From NCBI GenBank assembly GCA_963758525.1, contig CAVWVQ010000003.1, positions 672,001-736,000 of the forward strand: a stretch of 64,000 bases of DNA, in the 5' to 3' direction. Positions 41,711 to 51,541 of this stretch are shown piece after piece (position 1 is the first letter of the stretch; every line of letters begins with the position of its first letter). The DNA comes from an uncultured Phycisphaerales bacterium (lineage in GTDB: Bacteria; Planctomycetota; Phycisphaerae; Tepidisphaerales; Tepidisphaeraceae). The translations under genes and the position numbers were made by a program. The notes under the pieces are model-generated. The model had not been told where the DNA came from. It worked only from the letters and a program-made list of their open reading frames with translations, and made no database searches.

Positions 41711-44005
41711 ATGCATCTCTTTGGCCTGCATATTCTCGATCTGGCGATCATCCTCGCGTCACTGGTCGCGATTCTCTGGATCGGCATCAGTGTTTCACGC
41801 ACGGTGAAGCACGAAAATGACTTTTACGTCGGCGGCCGGAAGATGGGGAGCGTCCTCCAGTTCTTCTACAACTTCGGTACGATGACCGATGCCAACGGCG
41901 CTCCGACCGTGGCGACCGAAGTCTACCGTCAGGGCGCCGCAGGGCTTTGGATTCCGTTTCAGCCGCTGTTCAACACGCCATTCTACTGGTTCAGCTACGT
42001 TTGGTGGCGGCGAACCCGCCTCATCACCGGGTCCGATCAATTTATCGAACGCTTCAATTCCAAACGGCTGGCGACGGCGTGGGCCTGGTGGGGGATCGTG
42101 ACCGTCGTGCTCAACGTCGCTCTGGGGGATATCGTCTCGTTCAAGGTAGCATCGGCGATGTTTATCAAGCCGGAGACGGCGTATTCCCAAGCGGAACGGC
42201 AATCGGTGGAAAATTTCCGTCAATATGAGCACCTCAAAACGCAATTTGCCGCCGGTCTCCTTCCAGCCTCCGATCAGCCCCAGTTTAATGTCCTGAGCAA
42301 CATGAATGCACGCGGCGAACTTGCCGGCTCCATTTCCTACCTCAAGCCCCTTCCTTTCTATATTGCTTATACGTTGGTCGTCATGAGCTATATCGTGCTC
42401 GGCGGCATCCAGGCGGCTGCCTACACCGACGCCGTGCAGGGGATCTTGATCATCATCTTTTCCTTTATCATGATCCCCGTCGGACTGGCGAAGGTCGGCG
42501 GTTTTGCCGGGTTGCACCATCGCGTTCCGCAGTACATGTTCGAAGTGTTTGGCGCGACTTCGGTCAGCGACTACGCCTGGTACTCGATCTTCGCTTATGT
42601 GCTGATGGGATTTGTGACCATTGGAACTCCGCAAACATGCGGGCCGGCACGCGATGAAAAATCGCTGCGCATCGGCGTGCTTGGCGGGGCGTTTGGCAAA
42701 CGCTTCGTCATGGTCGCCTGGATGTTCTGCGGACTGCTGGCCGTCGCGCTGCTTCCCAGAGGAGTTTCCGACCCGGATCACACCTGGGGCTTGCTCGCTC
42801 ATTCGTTGCTGGGCCCGGGATTGCTAGGATTGATGATCTCCGGCATTCTGCTGGGGCACATGCCGTCGCTCGGCTTTTTCGCCGTGACCTTCGGTGCGAT
42901 GTTTGCCCGAAACTTATACGAGCCGGCGTTCCCCGGAAGATCAGAAAAACACTATCTCCGCGTAGGGAAGATTTCCATCGTTGCGGCGCTGGGAACGGGA
43001 ATCCTGGCGGCGATGTTCTTCACCGGCATCATTCAGCTCTTCACGGTGATCGTCTCGATCAACGCCTTCTTCGGCGTCGTCGGATTGCTCATGCTCTTCT
43101 GGCGGCGCATCACGGCGCCGGCAGTCGGATGGGGCTGGGGCATTTGGATGGTGCTGCTCGTATTCCTGCCCTGGGGGCTCCCGCAGTTTCCGGCCTTCCG
43201 ACGACTCCCTTCCCTCACGCTGCAAACCCCGCAGCGCAGCGTTCTGGTCCACGTTGCGGCCACGGAGCAGGACGTGGCGATGGGCCTGGCGCCGGCGGCA
43301 GGCGACTCAATCACCAAGGCGCATTCCATCGCGCCTGTGCCACTGTTCTTCGAATCCATCGCCCGCTCTGTTCCAACCGACTTTTCCTCCCCGCTCGAAG
43401 GTTCGGGCCGATTCCATCTGGAGAACTATATTCTCTACAAGCTGGGCGTCCCCCTGGAGCATTTCGGAGCTGCGGGATTAAACACATGCCGGTGGCTGTT
43501 CGACTCCATCGGTCCCTTTGTCCTGCTGATGAGTCTCACATACCTGTTGCCGGCGCGGACACGCGCCGTTGGCGCCAAAACACAAAATCGCGCGTGGGCG
43601 CTGGTGGCGGCGGCCTCGGAAACACCTTGGGTGAATGTATCGAGCGATGAAGTTGCTCGCGATCACGGATCGCCGGAGCCTGATGCGTACGCCAAAATCG
43701 TGCTGCAGGGTAACATCTCGTTGCTCTATCGCAGGGATGAGACGGATGAACAGGCTCAGTTAAGAATCAACCGCTTCTACGCCAAGTTGAAAACCCCCGT
43801 GGAGCCGAGCCTGACGGAAGATGAGAAGCAATTGGCCAAGAGTTTCGCCCGGCCGGACCGCTTCGATCATCAAAAGCTTTTTCCCCGAACCAACTGGGAA
43901 TTTACCAAATGGTCGGCGATCGACGTCGCAGGGTTCCTCGGCTGCTGGGCACTGGTGCTCATCGTGCTCGGCGTGCTCTGGTCGGTAGTGCGGATTGGCG
44001 GATAA
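41711..44005 (+). CDS. Sodium:solute symporter (SSS) family transporter
   Basis: Many TM helices; DFYVGGR, ERF, Y..LGGIQAAAYTD.VQG, GG..GL motifs. Confidence 0.88.
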   Translation: MHLFGLHILDLAIILASLVAILWIGISVSRTVKHENDFYVGGRKMGSVLQFFYNFGTMTDANGAPTVATEVYRQGAAGLWIPFQPLFNTPFYWFSYVWWRRTRLITGSDQFIERFNSKRLATAWAWWGIVTVVLNVALGDIVSFKVASAMFIKPETAYSQAERQSVENFRQYEHLKTQFAAGLLPASDQPQFNVLSNMNARGELAGSISYLKPLPFYIAYTLVVMSYIVLGGIQAAAYTDAVQGILIIIFSFIMIPVGLAKVGGFAGLHHRVPQYMFEVFGATSVSDYAWYSIFAYVLMGFVTIGTPQTCGPARDEKSLRIGVLGGAFGKRFVMVAWMFCGLLAVALLPRGVSDPDHTWGLLAHSLLGPGLLGLMISGILLGHMPSLGFFAVTFGAMFARNLYEPAFPGRSEKHYLRVGKISIVAALGTGILAAMFFTGIIQLFTVIVSINAFFGVVGLLMLFWRRITAPAVGWGWGIWMVLLVFLPWGLPQFPAFRRLPSLTLQTPQRSVLVHVAATEQDVAMGLAPAAGDSITKAHSIAPVPLFFESIARSVPTDFSSPLEGSGRFHLENYILYKLGVPLEHFGAAGLNTCRWLFDSIGPFVLLMSLTYLLPARTRAVGAKTQNRAWALVAAASETPWVNVSSDEVARDHGSPEPDAYAKIVLQGNISLLYRRDETDEQAQLRINRFYAKLKTPVEPSLTEDEKQLAKSFARPDRFDHQKLFPRTNWEFTKWSAIDVAGFLGCWALVLIVLGVLWSVVRIGG

Positions 44006-44006
44006 A

Positions 44007-45127
44007 ATGATGATGCATTCCAATGACTTGCTAACCGCCGGGTCCATCGAATCCCTTCCCCAACTGCCAGGAGAGCCGCGGACGGAGAAGGTGCGCATCG
44101 GCATTGTGGGACTGGGTTTCGGCCTGAAATACATGTCCCGGCTCGTCAAGAAGGAACTGGGGAATCTGCCGTTGGAAGTTCGCGCCGTCTGCGACACCAG
44201 CGCGCAACGGCTCCGCGTTGGAGAAGAGACGTTCAACTGCCCGGGCTACAGCAGCCTCGACGTGATGCTCGCAAACGCTGAGTTGGACGCCGTTGGGCTC
44301 TTTACCGGTCCTGCCGGTGCGCGGAAGTTGTGCGGAAAATCATCCGGGCGGGGAAACATGTGATGACCACCAAGCCGTTCGAACTTGATCCTGACGCGTG
44401 CAGGGACGTGCTGGAAGAAGCACGCCGGCTGAACCTCGCGGTGCATTTAAATTCGCCGGCCCCCACGATGCCTGTCGATATCCGGCAAATCGTCGATTGG
44501 CAGAGTGAATACCGGCTCGGAAGACCGGTCGCCGCAACCTGGCAGACCTGGTGCAGCTATCGCGAAACCCCTGACGGCTCGTGGTACGACGACCCGGCCC
44601 TCTGCCCGGCGGCACCCATTTTCCGGCTCGGAATCTATGCGATTAACGATCTGCTCTACTTTTTCAAAGATCCAGAGGAAGTGCATGTGATGCACTCTCG
44701 CATCTTTACCGGCCGTCCGACTCCCGATCAGGCGATGCTCACCATCCGATTCAGGGACGGTTCGCTGGCAAGCATCTTTGCATCTTTTGCTGTCGATAAC
44801 GCCCATCCGTATGCTGACCGGCTGGTGGTCAATTTCGAGCGGGGAGCGGTGTTCCGCAACGCCGGGGTGCGCGCATCGCGTAATCGAATCGATCTGGCGC
44901 TCACCGCAGCGGCCGGGGACGATGGGAAGCCGATCGTGGCCGAGGCCAAGGGGTTTTCGCCCGAGCAATGCGGCGGACACTTTTCATACCAGTGGGACCT
45001 GTTCTGCAAGACCGTGCGACGCGAGCCGACGCCCAAAACTGACCCCTCCGAACATATTGTCCAGGGAATTCGCATCATTGCCGCGATGAGCCGCTCCGAA
45101 CAGTCCGGGAAACCGGAGCGAGTCTAA
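44007..45127 (+). CDS. Gfo/Idh/MocA family oxidoreductase; one frameshift at ~44320
   Basis: VRIGIVGLGFG Rossmann motif, AVCD, LDAV, then AGKHVMTTKPF and G.YAINDL in the next frame. Confidence 0.85.
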
Positions 45128-45214
45128 GGTCTATTTTTCCATCTTTCCGCTCGTTATGATACCGTGCCGTGGCTACAATTGACCTCGCTCCGACAACTTT
45201 AGAGCCTGTGCCCT

Positions 45215-46240
45215 ATGTCAATCCTCGAGGTATCCAAGGCGGCGGGTGTCTCCATTGCGACGGTGTCCCGCGTCATTAACAAAAATCCGCAGGTTTCACC
45301 GGGATCCGTCGAGGCCGTTCGCAAGGCAATGGAGCGAATCGGCTATACACCCCCCCCGCCCAATCAGCGCTATCGCGGAAGGCCGCGAAAGGATGTTGCC
45401 CGCAGCGGCGTGCAACATGGAAATATTGCGGTCCTGTTTCCCGATCATCGGCACCAGGCGATGCAAACCGCCCTGTCGGGCCGTCTGATGCACGGCGTGA
45501 CTGAGATATTGATTCCCCGTCACCTGAACATGCTGGCAACGATCCTGCAGGCGGACGGCGAGGTGCCCTTATGCATCGCTCGCAAACAGGTGGACGGCGT
45601 GATCGTGCGCGGCTCCGTGGATGTCACATCGCTGGTTCCCAAACTCGCGAACATTCCCCGGGTCTGGCTGCTGGAACTGCCAGATGTTCCGGCGGTGGGC
45701 GATCAGGTATTTGAAGATTCCACCGCCATCGGGCGCTCGGCAGCCCGATATTTAATCGGCCACGGTCATCGGCATTTGGCCGTTATCAATCCGGACCCCA
45801 ACCATCCCTGTTACAGCCCGCGCGCTGACGCATTCGCACAGGAGGCGCGACGCAGCGGCGTCAGTGTCGAAATGATTCTCGGGCTTACCCCTGAAGAGGC
45901 GGTGGCGCGAACGCTGGACCTCCAGCCGCGACCGGACGGGCTTTTCCTCCCGGTACCCGACCCTGACTTGATCCCCGTCTATCGCGCGCTCGTGGCACAC
46001 GGGGTACAACCCGGAAAAGATATTGGTTGGATCGGCTGCAGCTATGACCCCGCCCGCCTGGCCGCATTGGATCCCAGTCTTCCCAATATCGATATTCGCG
46101 CCGAAGAAATTGCCCGCGTCGGCGCCGAAATGCTTCTCTGGCGTCTTGGTCATCCAAGCGAGCCGCAGCGTCGCCTGATGATCGCTCCACAAATCGTGGA
46201 ACATGCCAGCGCTCCGCACGCGGATGATTCCCACGTCTGA
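45215..46240 (+). CDS. LacI family transcriptional regulator
   Basis: SILEVSKAAGVSIATVSRVIN helix-turn-helix, IGYTP hinge, VDGVI, YLIGHGHR.LA, R...F sensor domain. Confidence 0.93.
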   Translation: MSILEVSKAAGVSIATVSRVINKNPQVSPGSVEAVRKAMERIGYTPPPPNQRYRGRPRKDVARSGVQHGNIAVLFPDHRHQAMQTALSGRLMHGVTEILIPRHLNMLATILQADGEVPLCIARKQVDGVIVRGSVDVTSLVPKLANIPRVWLLELPDVPAVGDQVFEDSTAIGRSAARYLIGHGHRHLAVINPDPNHPCYSPRADAFAQEARRSGVSVEMILGLTPEEAVARTLDLQPRPDGLFLPVPDPDLIPVYRALVAHGVQPGKDIGWIGCSYDPARLAALDPSLPNIDIRAEEIARVGAEMLLWRLGHPSEPQRRLMIAPQIVEHASAPHADDSHV

Positions 46241-46273
46241 TGCCCAATCGATTTCAAACCTCGTGAGCGGGGC

Positions 46274-48144
46274 ATGCGAGATATCTCTTCGTTAAGAGCG
46301 ACATTCCTCGCATTATTCGTCTTCGCCTTTGCACATCAGGCACTGGCGGTCGAGCTGTACGTTGCGCCCGATGGCAACGACCTCAATGCCGGCACTGCCG
46401 GTGCGCCTCTTGCGCATCTTGAACGGGCTCGCGACATGATTCGTGAAATGAAGCGCCTCCATGGGCTGCCGGCCGGCGGCGTGAAGGTGGTGCTGCATGC
46501 GGGGATCTATTATTTGCAAGGCCCTCTGGTTTTTGAGCCCCAGGACTCCGGATCCGCACCGGCACCGATCGTGTACACAGCCGATGAGAATGCGAACGTC
46601 GTGCTCAGCGGAGGAAGGCCCATCCACGGATGGACAAAGGCCAGGGACAACCTCTGGACTGTTGAGCTGCCGGAGGTGAAGGCGGGGAAGTGGTATTTCC
46701 GCCAGCTTTTCGGCAACGATCAGCGGCTCCAACGCGCCCGCATTCCCGACAAGGGCTTCCTCTATACGCAGGGATCGCTATCGGAATACGCCCCTCTGAT
46801 CAGGCTGCGGGATTTCGCGGGGATCAAGAAGCTGCGCCCGATACATCCCGACGCATACTGCGGCTTCAACTTCGCGCCCGGCGATATCCAGGCATGGGAG
46901 GACATTGACGACGCGGAATTCATTACGTTCCACAGTTGGGAATGCTCCTGGCAGACTGTCCGACGAGTCGACGAAGCAAAACACGATGTGCTTTTCAATT
47001 CGCCGTGCCGCTATCCCGTCGGCAGCTTCACGCCTCATTGCCCGTATCGGATTGAGAACGTCCGGGAAGGTCTGACTCAGCCGGGCGAATGGCAGTTGGA
47101 TCGAAAGACCGGCGTGCTGTCGTATCTTGCCCGGGATGGCGAAGACCCTCATTCGATGCAGATCATCGCACCTGTCCTCGACACCCTCGTTGCGTTCCGG
47201 GGGGACTATCGTGCCCGCAAATATGTCGACTACATCACGCTGCGCGGAATGACCTTCAGCGACGCGAGCTACCCGATGGGCATTTACGACATCGCCCCGG
47301 ACTGGCCGGCGCCGATGCTGAATGTGGATCCAAGCTTCCCCAGGAAGTTCCAACCCGGATATTCCGATGCCCAGGGAGCGCCGCTGTGCGGCCAGGCGAT
47401 CGAAATGAACAGCGCCCGATGGTGCGTCTGGAGCATTGCGAATTGAAGCACCTCGGAGCGTATGGAATCGGCATTTTCGTGGGGTCGAGCAACGACCGCG
47501 TCACCGGCTGCTACATCCACGATGCCGGCGGAGGCGGGATTTTAATCCGGTATCCCAGCCGCACCATAAACGGGTTGGACAAGGCCGATGCGCCGCACGA
47601 CAACCTCGTCGAGAATAATACCATACGCCATATCAGCATGGTTCATCCGTCGGCGGTAGGGATCATGGTCGGCCAATCGTACGCTAACAAGATTTCGCAC
47701 AATGAGATTTCCGATGTCGGCTACGCCGGGATTCATCTCGGCTGGACCTGGGGCCGTGAACCCAATTACACCCGCGATAATCTGATTGAGGCAAACGATG
47801 TTCACGACGTGATGCGCGATGTGGTGGATGCCGCGGGAATCTACTCGCTCGGGATCGAAACCGGCACCGTCTACCTGGCAAACTACGTGCATGACATCCA
47901 CCGCGTAAAGATTGCCGGCGGCCCCTCGTGTGGGTTCTACTTCGACGAAGGCAGCCGCGACATCCATGTCGAGCGAAACGTCGTCCGAAATGTTCCGAAG
48001 ATTCTCAATTTCAACCAGTGCAAAGAAAAGGAGATGACATGGAAAGACAATTATTTGACCGCGGCGGATAACCAAGGCGCCCAGAATCCGGAAATCGAAG
48101 GAATCATCCACGACGCCGGTCCGCAAGCGCCATACCGGCGATAG
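46274..48144 (+). CDS. Secreted right-handed parallel beta-helix protein (GH141-like architecture); one frameshift at ~47422
   Basis: Signal peptide, YVAPDGND...GT...PL..LERARD, LSGG..I.GW, FRQLF, IENV.E.L.QPGEW, ISHNEISDV.Y.GI.LGW.W, GFYFDEGS. Confidence 0.8.
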
Positions 48145-48233
48145 CGAAGGAAGATGCGGACCAATGCAACATGCCTCCGCCCCGCGCAATCGCGTATTTC
48201 ATTTGCCCACCGTTCCCGAAACGCAAGCCGCTC

Positions 48234-49424
48234 ATGGAAGCTCAGCAATTAGAGATCTCGCCGGCGCTCATCAATGAGATGTTTGCCGACGTCCGCCTGC
48301 GCGTTTCCTCGAGCGGTGCAGGCCCCGTGGAAGTCAGTTGCGGGATTTTTGAACTCGGCTATGACAATACAATTCCTCAATCGCCACTCGCCAAGGCATG
48401 TACCTTCCTGCACGGCAATGAAGATGTCGACTGTAGCCGTCAGGCACCCGTCTTGAACCTTGTCGAACGATGCTCGCGGAACGCATCGACGACCGATTCA
48501 GTCCGTACGCATGCCGAGGCCAACGCCATCCCCATTCAGTTGAATCTACGAATCGGCACGCCGATGTTCTGGACTCCTCAGTTGCCCCACCGTTACACGG
48601 CTCTGATCTCAATCAAGTTTGCACGCCGTCAACCCGACCGATGCGAAATCATTTTCGGCATCGGCAGAGATGGAAACCTTTGCGTCATCGAGCGCCCCTC
48701 CTTGCCCCGCCAACTGCCCCCTTCGCCCGACCCCTCTCTGAGTTCGATTTTCATCATCGGCGACTCGACCGCGGCCAGTAATGAAATAAATCAACTCGGC
48801 TGGGGAGACCCGTTGCGCACGTTCTTCGAAAGCGGCAAGATCAACGTGCTGAATCGCGCCCGCGCCGGCCGAAGCACCCGCTCGTTCATCCGCGAAGGCC
48901 TTTGGCGCGACACTTTGGATGAAATGCATCGTGGTGACATCGTGCTGATCCAGTTCGGCCACAATGACGCCGACCACCTGGACCAGGGCCGTTGCCGCGG
49001 CGTGTTGCCTGGGATCGGTGACGAGACCCGTGAAGTGGCCGTCTCCGGTGGAGAATTCGAAACGGTGAATACCTTCGGCTGGTACTTGCGTCAGATGCTC
49101 GCCGACGTACGAAGAAAAGGCGGCCATCCTATCCTTCTTTCTCCCACCGCGAAGAACCTATGGAACGACGGTAGCCTTCACCCCGACCAGGGTCCCCACG
49201 GCAACTGGAGCGCACAGGTTGCCAGTTCAGGGCAGACCCCGTTTATCAACGCGGGCGCATTGATCGCCTCGCAATACAACGCCCTGGGGCCGGAGCGAGT
49301 CTCATCGCTTTTCTGCAACACCGCCGATACCGTGCATACCAGTCCGGCAGGCGCTCGTCTCAATGCCGGCGTTGTTGCTTCAGCCTTGAGAGCGATCCCA
49401 AATCTGCCCGGCTGGTGCTATTAA
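48234..49424 (+). CDS. Rhamnogalacturonan acetylesterase-like SGNH hydrolase (CE12-like) with an extra N-terminal region
   Basis: IIGDST, GWG, NRARAGRSTRSF, IQFGHND, DTVH (SGNH blocks). Start 48171 or 48234. Confidence 0.85.
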   Translation: MEAQQLEISPALINEMFADVRLRVSSSGAGPVEVSCGIFELGYDNTIPQSPLAKACTFLHGNEDVDCSRQAPVLNLVERCSRNASTTDSVRTHAEANAIPIQLNLRIGTPMFWTPQLPHRYTALISIKFARRQPDRCEIIFGIGRDGNLCVIERPSLPRQLPPSPDPSLSSIFIIGDSTAASNEINQLGWGDPLRTFFESGKINVLNRARAGRSTRSFIREGLWRDTLDEMHRGDIVLIQFGHNDADHLDQGRCRGVLPGIGDETREVAVSGGEFETVNTFGWYLRQMLADVRRKGGHPILLSPTAKNLWNDGSLHPDQGPHGNWSAQVASSGQTPFINAGALIASQYNALGPERVSSLFCNTADTVHTSPAGARLNAGVVASALRAIPNLPGWCY

Positions 49425-49547
49425 TTTAACGCACGACTACTTTGAGCACGTTTGTCCGGCCGCCTGATTCTGCCGGCCGATCTCATCGCGAATTAATTCG
49501 CAACCTTGGTGACGCGAGAAGAGACGTCTATCTTCCAATTGACGAAG

Positions 49548-51440
49548 TCATAGGTTCGAATCGAAGACCACCAGCGGTCCTTCCGGAGTTTTCTGCCAGG
49601 TCCATGGGCTTTCCGAAACCGGCCAAGTTTTGTAGTCGACCACTTTTCCGTCGATCAGGTCCGGCCCGTCAAAGGTGCATTGAAGCGTAGCGTTGAGACG
49701 GTTGCAGTAGATCGCCGCGGCGGGATTTTGCCCCTGCAGTTTGAGCGAACTCCTGGCGATCAGCGTCTGGCGGAACTGGGCCAACTGTTCCGCCGCAGTA
49801 GCGCCGGGAAAATCTGCCGGCGGTGCCGTCTCGATGGCGATCGCGGACGCCGATGATTTCACGCGAAATTCCGAATCGCCCGGGCGCGGCTTGGATGCCG
49901 GGGCGTAAATTCCGCCTGATGGGTTCCACTTGAACGGCTGCGACGCGGTGACGGCGACGAGCGCGCTGCCGTAGTTCAGGTAAATCCGGCCGGTGGTTTC
50001 GCTCTCGTTGATCATCGCCAGATATCCGCCGGGGACATAACCCAGCGCATAGGGAAATCTGGCGTTGGGCCCGATTTGGAAGACGAAAAGCAGGCTGTCG
50101 CGACCGAGGATCTCCTGCTCGAACGAATCGACGCCGTGCGTGTGGATGCCCATGTTATTCGGCTCGTCCTCCGAGGGATTAGTAATCCAGAGATGGCTCC
50201 CCTTGCTCGTGTCCGGCTGGTCAAACATCACGCCGCACGGGTAGCTCTGCCCCTGAAAGGGTCTGCCCCCGGCTTTGGCCGAGCGGGAGAAGAGGGCGTA
50301 GGAGCGGTTGACGTAGTGGTTCAGCGCCCAGCCATCGATGAGGGCGCGATAAAAGTAGGCAGTGGAGCGGTCGGTGGCCGCGTGCACGATGACATCGGGA
50401 ATTCGGAAGTTGCTCACCGCCGGCTCGGCGGCGGCCTTGGCGTGTGTCAGAAGCGGAGCCACGCCGCCGAAGTAGAGCCAGGGAATTGTCGCCACGCCCC
50501 ACGGTTGCTGGCACTCGGTGTCCGGATACGAACGCGGCGCGAACGTCGCCAGATTCCCGCGCTGCCATGCCGGCGCCAACTGCACGAGGCATACCTCGAA
50601 GGCGATTCGCGCCTGCGCCGCCATCGTGGGATCCCTGGCACAATCGGCCAGCGTGAGGAGGGGGAGGATGTTTTGCGCGCCGTAGGGCCGGGACGCGAAT
50701 TCGCCGGGACCACCTCTGACGGTGGAGGCGATGATGCTTTGCAGATATTTCTCGCCGGCGGGGTCGCCCCTGGCGAACGAAGTTCCCCAGACTTGGCCGG
50801 GGGCGTTGAGCTTCGCCGTCATCTGCATGATGTAGGGATCTTTGGTGGTGAAGTACGGATCGGCATGGAAGGCGTCGGGGCCCCAAACCTGCGTCGCCAG
50901 ATACCGTTCCATGGCAGCCATGATCTTGTGGTTGCTCGTGGAGAGCCGGGCGTAGAATACGCCTCCCGTGTAAATCTTGCGGTAGCGTTCTTTGGTCTGC
51001 GGATCGAGGAATTTTTCGAAACGGATGTAGCAGTCGATGCCCGGCCATGCAAAAAATCCGGTATTGCCGCCGTGCATCCAGCGATTGATCCTGTTTCCCG
51101 GCACCAGGGGATCCAGTCCCTTATTCACCTCAGCCAATCCCTCTGTTGTGCGCCCCAGAGCGAAGAGACACTCCGCCCGCATGAAGTGATCGCTTCCACC
51201 GGCAGCAAAGGTGTTAAGGACCGCCTGCCTCCGTTCATCGAAGCTTTCCATGGCCGGGTTGGATGGGATAGCAGACGCCTGCGTTGTCGTTGGCGTCGCG
51301 ACCGGCTGCGAAGTGGGTTCGCCGGGTGATTCATCTTTGGTGTGATCCTCGTCCCCCGCCCAAGTCGGCCGAGCGATCAAAAGCGTCATGCCCATAAGCA
51401 GAATGAACGAGCAAGCGGGAGAGGAAGAAGTGCGCCTCAT
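49548..51440 (-). CDS. Uncharacterised secreted protein (~630 aa); start uncertain
   Basis: Long ORF with signal-like LLMGMTLLIARPTWA and a Pro/Thr linker; TSNH..M and GEF.S..Y motifs; co-directional with 51542-54091. Confidence 0.7.
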   Translation of the reverse strand: MRRTSSSPACSFILLMGMTLLIARPTWAGDEDHTKDESPGEPTSQPVATPTTTQASAIPSNPAMESFDERRQAVLNTFAAGGSDHFMRAECLFALGRTTEGLAEVNKGLDPLVPGNRINRWMHGGNTGFFAWPGIDCYIRFEKFLDPQTKERYRKIYTGGVFYARLSTSNHKIMAAMERYLATQVWGPDAFHADPYFTTKDPYIMQMTAKLNAPGQVWGTSFARGDPAGEKYLQSIIASTVRGGPGEFASRPYGAQNILPLLTLADCARDPTMAAQARIAFEVCLVQLAPAWQRGNLATFAPRSYPDTECQQPWGVATIPWLYFGGVAPLLTHAKAAAEPAVSNFRIPDVIVHAATDRSTAYFYRALIDGWALNHYVNRSYALFSRSAKAGGRPFQGQSYPCGVMFDQPDTSKGSHLWITNPSEDEPNNMGIHTHGVDSFEQEILGRDSLLFVFQIGPNARFPYALGYVPGGYLAMINESETTGRIYLNYGSALVAVTASQPFKWNPSGGIYAPASKPRPGDSEFRVKSSASAIAIETAPPADFPGATAAEQLAQFRQTLIARSSLKLQGQNPAAAIYCNRLNATLQCTFDGPDLIDGKVVDYKTWPVSESPWTWQKTPEGPLVVFDSNL

Positions 51441-51541
51441 GATGCGATGATTGCTTGAAACGGGCATTCGCCGGTAAACAGCCGGCAACAGCAAACCCAC
51501 GGCGCCGGGAAGGAAGCGCTGAGCCACCTCATGCCGGCTCC

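Noticed and set aside
3350..47430. Programmed ribosomal frameshifting as the cause of split genes
   Set aside because: No shared slippery heptamer or stimulator; breaks go in both directions across unrelated families.
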